From the IMG/VR virus record IMGVR_UViG_3300049899_000349, positions 1-24,777 of that record: a DNA stretch of 24,777 bases, one strand, 5' to 3'. Of the stretch, positions 16,794 through 24,777 are shown in pieces. Origin of the DNA: a virus. Lineage: Duplodnaviria > Caudoviricetes. The notes beneath the pieces were generated by a model. It did no database searches and was not told the DNA's origin. It worked only from the letters and a program-made list of their open reading frames with translations. Position 1 is the first letter of the stretch; each line of letters begins with the position of its first letter. The translations under genes were made by a program, and so were the position numbers.

Positions 16794-16846
16794 TAAGTAA
16801 CATTACAGAAATCGAGTAGTTAATTTTTAATTAACGACCAACAATT

Positions 16847-16872
16847 AACCCCCAGTTCTCTGGGGGTTTTTT
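16847..16872 (+). terminator. Rho-independent terminator after the MCP gene
   Basis: Perfect stem AACCCCCAG / CTGGGGGTT with loop TTCT, running into a T tract. Confidence 0.9.
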
Positions 16873-16904
16873 GTATCGTATAATAATCATTTTTCTCAAC
16901 TTCT

Positions 16905-16914
16905 TATATTTATT
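16905..16914 (+). promoter_or_regulatory. Putative late promoter motif TATATTTATT
   Basis: ACTTCTTATATTTATT immediately after the terminator and before the gp13-like gene, where a new promoter is needed. Confidence 0.6.
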
Positions 16915-16940
16915 TACAGAACTATTTAACGGAGAAAAAT

Positions 16941-18095
16941 ATGGCTCAAGAACCAATATGGCCTGGTTCAGGTTCAGCAGTTAGTGGAAATACCCCTTTT
17001 GGAACTTATGATGATGATTCAACTTATCAAACAGAAGCTCCAAAATACGCTGATTGGTGTGCAAAAAGATTAGGTTATCCACTAATGAATGTGGAATTAC
17101 AAGACAAACAATTTTATGCTTGTTTAGAGGAATCTGTGACTGAATATTCAGCACAAGTAAATCAATTCAATATTAGAGATAATTTACTTTCCCTACAAGG
17201 ACAATCAACATCATCAAATTTAACTCATAAACGAGTAACCCCGAATTTAGGAAGAAGTGTGTTTTTATCACAAGCTTACGGAACTGAAGCGGGCGTTGGT
17301 GGTTTCGTAGATATAAAATCAGGTTCTATTGATTGTGTTAGTGGTTCACAAGATTATGACTTAAACGCAATATGGGCAGATGTATCTGAATCTGGAAAAG
17401 CAATAGAATTGAAAAGAGTATTCTATGAAGAAAAACCAGCAGTTCAAAGATATTTTGACCCTTATGCAGGAACTGGAGCTGGGACACTAAATTTATTAGA
17501 CCAGTTCGGATTTGGTAATTATTCACCAGCAGTATCATTTTTAATGATGCCAGTTTACGCAGATATGTTAAGATTACAAGCGATTGAATTAAATGACCAA
17601 GTAAGAAAGTCGGCCTTTACATTTCAATTAAGAAATAATAAATTAAGAATTTTCCCAAGACCAACATCAGGATTTAAACTACATTTCAATTATTTAGTTA
17701 CTTCTGATAGGGATAATGCATTAGTTACAGAACATTCAGGAAGTTCAGATGTAATTTCCGACTTTTCCAATGTTCCATATGATAATATGACTTATGGACA
17801 TATTAATGATGTGGGAAGACAATGGATTAGAAAATATGGTTTAGCTCTAACAAAGGAATTATTGGGTATAATTAGAAGTAAATATGGTTCTATCCCGATT
17901 CCGGGTGCAGAAACAAGCTTGGACGGTGATACTTTACGAAGTGAAGCGGCGGCCGAAAAAGAAGTTCTTGTTACACAACTTAGAGAAATGCTTGACCAAA
18001 CTTCTCGTAGAGCACTACTTGAAGCGGACAAGGATGAATCAGAGTTCCTACAAGAAAAACTTAAAAGAGTTCCTTATCCAATCTACATAGGTTAG
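16941..18095 (+). CDS. Neck protein (T4 gp13-like head-tail adaptor)
   Basis: LGYPLMNVELQDKQ near the N-terminus; WIRKYGLALTKELLG..RSKY..IPIPG..LDGDTLRSEA near the C-terminus. Confidence 0.85.
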   Translation: MAQEPIWPGSGSAVSGNTPFGTYDDDSTYQTEAPKYADWCAKRLGYPLMNVELQDKQFYACLEESVTEYSAQVNQFNIRDNLLSLQGQSTSSNLTHKRVTPNLGRSVFLSQAYGTEAGVGGFVDIKSGSIDCVSGSQDYDLNAIWADVSESGKAIELKRVFYEEKPAVQRYFDPYAGTGAGTLNLLDQFGFGNYSPAVSFLMMPVYADMLRLQAIELNDQVRKSAFTFQLRNNKLRIFPRPTSGFKLHFNYLVTSDRDNALVTEHSGSSDVISDFSNVPYDNMTYGHINDVGRQWIRKYGLALTKELLGIIRSKYGSIPIPGAETSLDGDTLRSEAAAEKEVLVTQLREMLDQTSRRALLEADKDESEFLQEKLKRVPYPIYIG

Positions 18096-18105
18096 GAGAA
18101 AGAAG

Positions 18106-18609
18106 ATGGCAAACCCACGATTTTTCGGAAAAAAAGATTTAGATATATTTGATAGAGTTAATAAAGAACTTATCGGTGATTTAAATAATGCGAATAGTGG
18201 GATAATTGACCAAACTGTAATTATCTACAAAATATCAGCAGGTAATACAGAAACAAATATGTATGGTGAATCATCAAGTGGAAAGGTTTGGAAACCTGGT
18301 ATTGAAATAGCTTGTTTGGTTACATCAGATGATATGACATATAATACAGATGAATTTGGTCCTGATTTAAGACAAGCAGGAACATTTTCTTTTGTGAGAC
18401 AATCTTTAAGAGACTTAAGTTTAGTATTGGAAATAGGAGATGTTATCGAGTGGTTCACAGCTTATTGGGAGATTTCAAATATAAATGAAAACCAATTAGT
18501 CGGTGGACAATATAAACAACTTGATGGACAACACATTCATTCAGTCATATGTAGTGCTAACTTGTTAAGACGAGGAAATCTTAACATTGAAGAAGTGAGA
18601 AGTATTTAA
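18106..18609 (+). CDS. Neck/head-completion protein (gp14-like)
   Basis: Follows the gp13-like gene; NMYGES motif, EIGDVI, YWEI; SD aggag. Confidence 0.65.
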   Translation: MANPRFFGKKDLDIFDRVNKELIGDLNNANSGIIDQTVIIYKISAGNTETNMYGESSSGKVWKPGIEIACLVTSDDMTYNTDEFGPDLRQAGTFSFVRQSLRDLSLVLEIGDVIEWFTAYWEISNINENQLVGGQYKQLDGQHIHSVICSANLLRRGNLNIEEVRSI

Positions 18610-19388
18610 TGGAACGAAGTAAAACTTTACCAAGAAAAGAAGAAATATTATCAACGAGAAAGAACTTTAACAGAGGGTATGATACCACTCGCACAGATGA
18701 TAAAGTAAAAAATATTTCAGTTGGATTAATGGACATTGATGCAGCTATTATGTATTATTTTAATGAGGTAATCAAACCAACTGTAACGGATAACAATGAA
18801 GTCGTAAAAGTTCCTGTTTATTATGCAAATCCTGAAAGATGGAAAATTATTCAGAAAAACGGGTATCTACGAGATGTTAAAGGACAAATGATTACACCTT
18901 TAATTATATTCAAAAGAACATCAGTTACTAAAGATGAAAGCAACACATTTTTAGCTCGTTCAATCGCTCCAGCATCATCTAATTATACATTTTTAAAAAA
19001 ATACACAAAAGAAAACAGATTTACACAAACTTCTACATTATTTGAAAATGATGAACCGTTAGAAGAAGCACACAATGTTGTAATGCCAAGTTATGTGACA
19101 GTAAATTATAATTGTGTTGTATTTACACCTTATATAGACCAAATGAATGAAATTATAGAAAAGATTAGTTGGGCAAAAAAATCATATTGGGGTGAACCAG
19201 ATAAATTTAAGTTTAGAGCAGGTATTACATCATTTACAGACACTTCAGAATTTGAAGGTGAAAGAATTATTAAAAACACATTTGATTTAAGTATGAAAGG
19301 ATATTTAGTTCCATATTCATTTGATAATATTGTTAATACTCAAAAAGAATATTCAAATAGAATTGGATTGGAATTAGGAGTTGAATAA
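18609..19388 (+). CDS. Tail terminator/sheath stabiliser-like protein (gp15-like), paralog 1
   Basis: Follows the gp13/gp14-like genes; VKVPVYYANPERW, TPLIIFKRTS, MNEIIEKI, MKGYLVP. Confidence 0.65.
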   Translation: MERSKTLPRKEEILSTRKNFNRGYDTTRTDDKVKNISVGLMDIDAAIMYYFNEVIKPTVTDNNEVVKVPVYYANPERWKIIQKNGYLRDVKGQMITPLIIFKRTSVTKDESNTFLARSIAPASSNYTFLKKYTKENRFTQTSTLFENDEPLEEAHNVVMPSYVTVNYNCVVFTPYIDQMNEIIEKISWAKKSYWGEPDKFKFRAGITSFTDTSEFEGERIIKNTFDLSMKGYLVPYSFDNIVNTQKEYSNRIGLELGVE

Positions 19389-20758
19389 TGACCACAAGAA
19401 CAAAACCATTACCACGAAAAGAACGAATACTGAAAGGTAGAGAACTTAATAGAGGACTACAACGAGGTAGAGGTTCTGAAACAAACCAACGAAAAGATAC
19501 AGTAAAAAATGTATCAGTTGGATTGATGGATATTGATGCGGCTATTATGTATTATTTTAATGAAGTAATTAAACCAACCGTCAATATTAACAAACAAGAA
19601 GTTAAAGTTCCTGTATTTTATGCTAACGCAGAGAGATGGAAATCAATCCAAAAAGACGGTTATGTTCGTGATGTTAAAGGTTCTTTGATTACACCACTAA
19701 TTGTTTTTAAAAGAACATCTATGGAGGCCAACGAAACTTTACCAATAGATAAATTAGATGCAAATGACCCAAAACAATTTTATACCTTTGAAAAGAAATA
19801 TTCTAAAAATCAACGATACGACAGATTTTCAGTCGTTCAAGGTTTATTAAACCAAAAAGAATATTATACTATCGCAATGCCAGACCATATGAAATTGAAT
19901 TATGAAGCGATTGTTTGGACACCATATATTGAGGATATGAATACAATTATTGAACAAATCAATTTTTCAGACGGAGCGTATTGGGGAGAACCAGACAAAT
20001 TTAAGTTCTTATCATCAATAGATTCATTTGAAGATGCAACAGAGATGTCTGACAACGAAAGAATTATTAAGACGACATTCAATATGAGTTTTAAAGGTTA
20101 TCTCGTTCCCGAGTCATTTAACGAGTTTATGACTACACAGAGATACTTCACACCAAAACAAGTGGTTGTTGAAGATGAATCTGGGTTAGTTGTATCATCA
20201 TTATTTTCTCCAGATAGTAGAAGTGAAAAGGTTAGTATTTTTTCAATAGGACAATCATCTATACGAAGTGGATTAGGAAGTGCCACAGATTTTATTAGAG
20301 GTTCTTCAGAGGGAGTAGGAACACAAGCACAAGATTTAGAATTTACAAATACTTATGGTGGTAGAACTTACTATATAATGAGAGGTGGTGGAGAACCAAC
20401 ATCATCAAGAGATGATAAAGCGTTAATATCAGTTTCAAATGCAAATTCTATGTATAATTTAAAATCATTTAGAGTATCTGGTAGTCAATCATCATCTTTA
20501 TCTGCAAGTAAAGGACAAATTTATCAACCAACATTAGAAACAGATAGACGAATAATGAGTTCATCAGTTCAAGTAAAATTAAATGGATTAGAAATTACAT
20601 CAGCTAATGACCAAGTTGGATATACAAGTGGATTTGATTATTATCTTTCAAGTTCATATAAAGATGTTGTGATAAGAAAAAGACAATCAGATAATAGTGG
20701 ATTTACATTAACGAATTCTGATTATGTAACAATTATATTCCAAAATGAGATGACATAA
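19388..20758 (+). CDS. gp15-like protein, paralog 2, with ~190-aa C-terminal extension
   Basis: First ~260 aa align by eye with the previous ORF (SVGLMDIDAAIMYYFNEVIKPTV and YWGEPDKFKF are identical); extra beta-rich C-terminus. Confidence 0.65.
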   Translation: MTTRTKPLPRKERILKGRELNRGLQRGRGSETNQRKDTVKNVSVGLMDIDAAIMYYFNEVIKPTVNINKQEVKVPVFYANAERWKSIQKDGYVRDVKGSLITPLIVFKRTSMEANETLPIDKLDANDPKQFYTFEKKYSKNQRYDRFSVVQGLLNQKEYYTIAMPDHMKLNYEAIVWTPYIEDMNTIIEQINFSDGAYWGEPDKFKFLSSIDSFEDATEMSDNERIIKTTFNMSFKGYLVPESFNEFMTTQRYFTPKQVVVEDESGLVVSSLFSPDSRSEKVSIFSIGQSSIRSGLGSATDFIRGSSEGVGTQAQDLEFTNTYGGRTYYIMRGGGEPTSSRDDKALISVSNANSMYNLKSFRVSGSQSSSLSASKGQIYQPTLETDRRIMSSSVQVKLNGLEITSANDQVGYTSGFDYYLSSSYKDVVIRKRQSDNSGFTLTNSDYVTIIFQNEMT

Positions 20759-21333
20759 TGGCACGACAAAGAGAAATAGATAAAAGAACAGGATTAAAAA
20801 CAAAGACAAGACCATTTATGTTACCAGTAAGTGAATCATCTTTTTCTGCAGATAGAATTAGATTTAGAGATACTGGGAGTGTGTTTTTAGATTATACTAT
20901 TGATAATAAAAATGGATTTCCTGTAGTTGATACAGACATAGTTCATTTGTCTGGCGGAAACGAAAGATATCTTAATCAAAGAGAACATTTTACATATTCA
21001 GAACGAACAACTGATACTTTATATTATAATGAGTTCCAGCCAACAATAGCTGACAATTATCGTATCAGAAATGGTTCATTACGAATATTTATTAACGGTG
21101 TTGAACAATCTTCTAATACTGACCAAACAGCGTCAGCATCAGCAGACTTTTTTGTAGATTCAACACAGAAAAAAGTTAGAATACACACATTAACTTACGA
21201 TAATTACGGAGTTAAATTAAAAAGTGGTTCGGTAGTAACAGAAGGTGATAGTAATTTTTTACCACCAACTACAACAGGAGATGGAAGCGAGTCTTCCATA
21301 CAAATTAGTTTTCAGAGAGAGGCCTCATTATGA
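20758..21333 (+). CDS. Hypothetical virion structural protein (beta-rich)
   Basis: 191 aa, translationally coupled on both sides; SLRIFINGVEQ..ADFFVD motif. Confidence 0.55.
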   Translation: MARQREIDKRTGLKTKTRPFMLPVSESSFSADRIRFRDTGSVFLDYTIDNKNGFPVVDTDIVHLSGGNERYLNQREHFTYSERTTDTLYYNEFQPTIADNYRIRNGSLRIFINGVEQSSNTDQTASASADFFVDSTQKKVRIHTLTYDNYGVKLKSGSVVTEGDSNFLPPTTTGDGSESSIQISFQREASL

Positions 21334-22322
21334 GTTTAATTGATTTAACAACACAAGCACAAGCCCCACAAACAGGTGGTTTAAGTTTACAAAGTTCAGC
21401 TACAACAAGTTCCTTAACTGGATTATATACATTAGAATTTGATAATATAAATGTAGATAATTTAGGAACAGGTAGTTTGAATATTGGAGCAACCAATACC
21501 TTAACAACAGGTAAATTAAAATTAGCCCACACAACAGACCCAGTGATTATGGATGCCGCTGATAATACTGCAATACAACTATTAACAACTGGATATCCAA
21601 GTGGTAGTATAAAAATATTTGGAGATTTAATTGTTCAAGGTTCAGCCTCTTATAATAATGTTTCTACTTTCGCAGTGGAAGACCCAATTATAGATTTAAA
21701 CTTTACTGGTTCAACAGCACTATCATCAACAGATTCTGGAATACGAGTTGGTAGAGTAGGTTCTACAAATGCAGCATTAGTATTTGACCATAGTGAAACC
21801 AGATGGGCAATAGATAATGCAGCTGGAAGTTATATAAATATTGTAGGAGCTTCAACAACAGACACATTAACTAATAAAACAATTACAAGTTTAGCCACTT
21901 CAACAATGGCATCAGCTGGTAATTTAACATTTAGTGGTGACGGAGAAGTATTAGGACTACCAGCCGCTCCAACAGCACAAGGTTCAGCAGTTTCAAAAGC
22001 TTATTTAAATGCACAATTAACAGGAAGTGTAACTTCATCTGGATTAAATTATTTAAGAAAAAATTATGTAAAGGTAGCAACTGGTGTAACTGGTTCAGCA
22101 ACCGCAAGTTTCGCAGCAACAACAGCATCCGCACCAAGTGGTATGACAGCAACATCTGAAAACGATTTCATATTCTTTATGAATGGTGGATATATGGAAC
22201 ATAACGCTGTTGAAATAGAACAAAGTGGTTCAATATTTTTATTAAAAATAAATACAAGTGATTTAGGATACAATCTTGAAAGTGATGATGAAATTATCGC
22301 ACAAGGGAAGTTTAATTCATAA
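21330..22322 (+). CDS. Putative fibre/appendage structural protein
   Basis: S/T/G/A-rich; GDLIVQG..VEDPIIDLN..DSGIRV, TDTLTNKTI and GLPAAPT..AVSKAY motifs typical of phage fibre proteins. Confidence 0.6.
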   Translation: MSLIDLTTQAQAPQTGGLSLQSSATTSSLTGLYTLEFDNINVDNLGTGSLNIGATNTLTTGKLKLAHTTDPVIMDAADNTAIQLLTTGYPSGSIKIFGDLIVQGSASYNNVSTFAVEDPIIDLNFTGSTALSSTDSGIRVGRVGSTNAALVFDHSETRWAIDNAAGSYINIVGASTTDTLTNKTITSLATSTMASAGNLTFSGDGEVLGLPAAPTAQGSAVSKAYLNAQLTGSVTSSGLNYLRKNYVKVATGVTGSATASFAATTASAPSGMTATSENDFIFFMNGGYMEHNAVEIEQSGSIFLLKINTSDLGYNLESDDEIIAQGKFNS

Positions 22323-24442
22323 TGGCCGATTTAAAGAGAAAACAATTAAAAGAGTTTTTATCAGGTTCATTTGGAATAACTGGTTCGTTAAATGTAACGG
22401 GTTCAGTTGAGTTTGATAAAGATATAAGTGGTTCACTCACTTCTACTGGTTCATTTAGTAGAATTGTCGGTGATACAATATCAGTATCCAATTCAATATT
22501 TGCAAGTGGTTCTACCGTTCAAACTTTAATGGATGCAACTGGTTCTTACGCATCCGCATCAACAACTTATATTATTGAATCAGAAACTGGTTCATTTGCA
22601 ACAGGTTCTGATGTTCAAGGACTTTTAGATACTTATGTAAGACAATCCGAGTCGAGTTCCTTTGCAAGTGGTAGTGATTTACAACCTATCCTTGCAGAAA
22701 GTTCCAGTTATGTAGTAGAAAGTGAAACAGGTAGTTTTGCGAGTGGTAGTGATTTACATCAGTTCCTTGCAGAAAGTTCCAGTTATGTGTTAGAATCAGA
22801 AACTGGTTCATTTGCAAGTGGTAGTGATGTTCAAGTAATACTCGCAGAAAGTGCATCATATGTGGTTTCTACGAATACTGGTTCTTATTTACAAAACGCA
22901 GATACTGCATCGTTAGGTGCAACACAAATAAATTCAACATTATATGTTGTAGGAAATATCACCACATCAGGTTCAATGACAGCACAAGAATACCACACAG
23001 AAGTGGTTTCGTCATCAATTATTTATGAAAGTGGTTCTACAACATTTGGTGACACTTTAGATGATATTCATAGAATTACAGGTTCATTACAAATAACTGG
23101 TTCATCATTTACTATTGATGATGTCGGTGGAGTGAGTGGTTCATTAACTTCAACCGCATCATTTGGAAAATTAGAACTTGTTGATTCAGTTCATATTTCC
23201 CCGTTTGCAAGTGGAAGTGATTTACACCAAATATTAGCAGAAAGTTCCAGTTATGTAGTAGAAAGTGAAACTGGTAGTTTCGCAAGTGGTAGTGATTTAC
23301 ATCAATTCCTTGCAGAAAGTTCCAGTTATGTGTTAGAATCAGAAACTGGTTCGTTTGCAAGTGGAAGTGATGTTCAAGTAATACTTGCAGAAAGTGCGTC
23401 TTATGTAATGTCCACTTTAACTGGTTCATATGCAAGTGGTAGTGATTTACACCAATTCCTTGCAGAAAGTGCATCATATTTAGTTGCAGACACTTCTATG
23501 TCTTTTGTAAATGTAAGTAGTTCATTAACTTCAACTGGTTCTTTTGGTAGAGTTGATGTAGCAGAAAATACATTTATAATTGGAAATCTTGGTGTTGGAA
23601 CAAATGTTGTTGGACAAAAATTACAAGTTGATGGTGATACTGGCATAACAGGACAATTAGATGTAACTGGTTCAGTAAGTGGTGGATTAACTTCAACTGG
23701 TTCGTTTGGTTGGGTTGAAGAATTAGGAGTTAAGGTTGTAAACTCTAACCAAACTGCATCATTTGCAAGTGGTAGTGACTTACATACAATACTTGCACAA
23801 AGTGCATCTTATTTATTGAATGCAGCAACAGCCTCTATGGGAGTTACTACATTTAATTCTAATATAAATGTTCTTGGAGATATATACACTTCTGGTTCTA
23901 TTACAGCAAGAGAATTTAAAACAGAGTATGTTTCATCATCTATTATATATGCGTCTGGTTCAAACCAATTTGGAGACACAGGAGATGATGTTCACGAATT
24001 TAGTGGTTCAATAAAAATTGGTAATTTAACCTTCTCAACAAGTAGTATCGGAGTCCAGAGTGACACAGACCTTATTTCCCTATCTGACGACACTTTCACC
24101 TTAAATGGTAGTATAGTTATCAATGACGGAGCCAACATTGGTATAGATGCTGACCCAAATCTATTAGATTTAAATGACCAAAATCTTATTATAAATGGAG
24201 TATTAGATTCAACAGGTAGGATTGATGCACAAAGCGGATTACAAGTATCAGGTTCATCATTAACAGTCGGAAACGACTTAACTCTAAATTACACTTCCCC
24301 AGTCAGTCATAGTTTAATGTTTGTAAATTATACGAACAAAACTGTGGACTTAGTTCCAGTAGCTTCCGCAAGTGGCCAGTTAGTTCAATTCAATGGAACT
24401 ACTTGGATAATTACTGATGAAATTGACGGTGGAAGTTTCTAA
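22322..24442 (+). CDS. Repeat-rich tail-fibre-like structural protein
   Basis: 706 aa, dense in SGS/TGS, internal 25-aa repeats, duplicated SSSIIY-SGS-FGD-DD-H domain, ends IDGGSF. Confidence 0.7.
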   Translation: MADLKRKQLKEFLSGSFGITGSLNVTGSVEFDKDISGSLTSTGSFSRIVGDTISVSNSIFASGSTVQTLMDATGSYASASTTYIIESETGSFATGSDVQGLLDTYVRQSESSSFASGSDLQPILAESSSYVVESETGSFASGSDLHQFLAESSSYVLESETGSFASGSDVQVILAESASYVVSTNTGSYLQNADTASLGATQINSTLYVVGNITTSGSMTAQEYHTEVVSSSIIYESGSTTFGDTLDDIHRITGSLQITGSSFTIDDVGGVSGSLTSTASFGKLELVDSVHISPFASGSDLHQILAESSSYVVESETGSFASGSDLHQFLAESSSYVLESETGSFASGSDVQVILAESASYVMSTLTGSYASGSDLHQFLAESASYLVADTSMSFVNVSSSLTSTGSFGRVDVAENTFIIGNLGVGTNVVGQKLQVDGDTGITGQLDVTGSVSGGLTSTGSFGWVEELGVKVVNSNQTASFASGSDLHTILAQSASYLLNAATASMGVTTFNSNINVLGDIYTSGSITAREFKTEYVSSSIIYASGSNQFGDTGDDVHEFSGSIKIGNLTFSTSSIGVQSDTDLISLSDDTFTLNGSIVINDGANIGIDADPNLLDLNDQNLIINGVLDSTGRIDAQSGLQVSGSSLTVGNDLTLNYTSPVSHSLMFVNYTNKTVDLVPVASASGQLVQFNGTTWIITDEIDGGSF
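22661..23480 (+). repeat. 75-bp (25-aa) tandem coding repeats in two clusters
   Basis: Unit FASGSDLHQFLAESSSYVLESETGS starts at 22661, 22736, 22811 and at 23204, 23279, 23354, 23429; extra partial copy at 23762. Confidence 0.92.
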
Positions 24443-24470
24443 AATAAAATCCCCAACTTTTTAACTTTCT

Positions 24471-24480
24471 TATATTTATT
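24471..24480 (+). promoter_or_regulatory. Putative late promoter motif TATATTTATT
   Basis: ACTTTCTTATATTTATT in the intergenic gap; closely matches the copy at 16899-16914. Confidence 0.55.
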
Positions 24481-24527
24481 AATGACTATAAATATAGTTA
24501 AATTTTATATAAAATAAGTAAAACCAT

Positions 24528-24777
24528 ATGGCTCAATCAATTAAATTAAAACGAAGTGCCGTCGTTGGTAAAACACCACTAACATCATCTTTAGAATTAG
24601 GTGAGTTAGCCGTAAATACTACTGACGGTAAAATCTATTTTCATCGCTCAAGTTCGAGTGATGATACCGTCCAAACTGTATTCACAACAGATTCAACCAT
24701 AACAGGTTCATTAAAGTTATCTGGTTCACAACACATTTCAGGTTCAATAGGAGTAATGGATGATATTACCTTTATCG
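24528..24777 (+). CDS. 3'-truncated tail-fibre-like protein (absent from the supplied ORF track)
   Basis: Hand translation: MAQSIKLKRSAVVGKTPLTSSLELGELAVNTTDGKIYFHR...TGSLKLSGSQHISGSIG, open to the window end. IKLKRS..P..L..GELA.NT.DGK is a common N-terminal attachment module of phage fibres. Confidence 0.75.
   Translation, partial: MAQSIKLKRSAVVGKTPLTSSLELGELAVNTTDGKIYFHRSSSSDDTVQTVFTTDSTITGSLKLSGSQHISGSIGVMDDITFI

Noticed and set aside
16812-16840. AT-rich inverted repeat GTTAATT-ttt-AATTAAC before the MCP terminator (similar one near 15132-15147)
   Set aside because: Low-complexity AT stems are expected by chance at this composition; no tRNA or ncRNA features.
22661-23480. CRISPR or DGR template/variable-repeat interpretation of the 75-bp repeats
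   Set aside because: They are contiguous in-frame coding repeats with mainly synonymous differences, not adenine-specific, and there is no reverse transcriptase in the window.
939-23646. Other short minus-strand and alternate-frame ORFs in the track (60-121 aa)
   Set aside because: All lie within or across well-supported + strand genes and have shadow-like composition with no recognisable motifs.

Overview
AT-rich (roughly 30% GC by eye), gene-dense segment of a large T4-like (distant 'Far-T4'/bS21-encoding type) myovirus, with all credible genes on the + strand. It holds the virion morphogenesis module: large terminase, portal, prohead protease, scaffold, major capsid protein, neck proteins gp13/gp14, two tandem gp15-like genes and the first tail/fibre genes. 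A phage-encoded ribosomal protein bS21 sits directly before the scaffold gene. The most unusual part is a ~5.3 kb block of mostly Lys-rich ORFs between the protease and bS21. It looks like a modular capsid-cargo system: a duplicated 33-aa leader fused to different cargoes, and a 632-aa polyprotein whose ~75-100 aa modules are separated by a near-identical 15-nt repeat encoding ESVNE/ESVEE, a likely prohead-protease site. Other signals are a recurrent intergenic sense-strand TATTTAT motif (TATTTATA is the reverse complement of the T4 late promoter), strong SD sites alongside a bS21 variant, and heavy [S/T]-[G/A]-S enrichment in outer virion proteins. All family calls come from motif recognition by eye; no database search was run.
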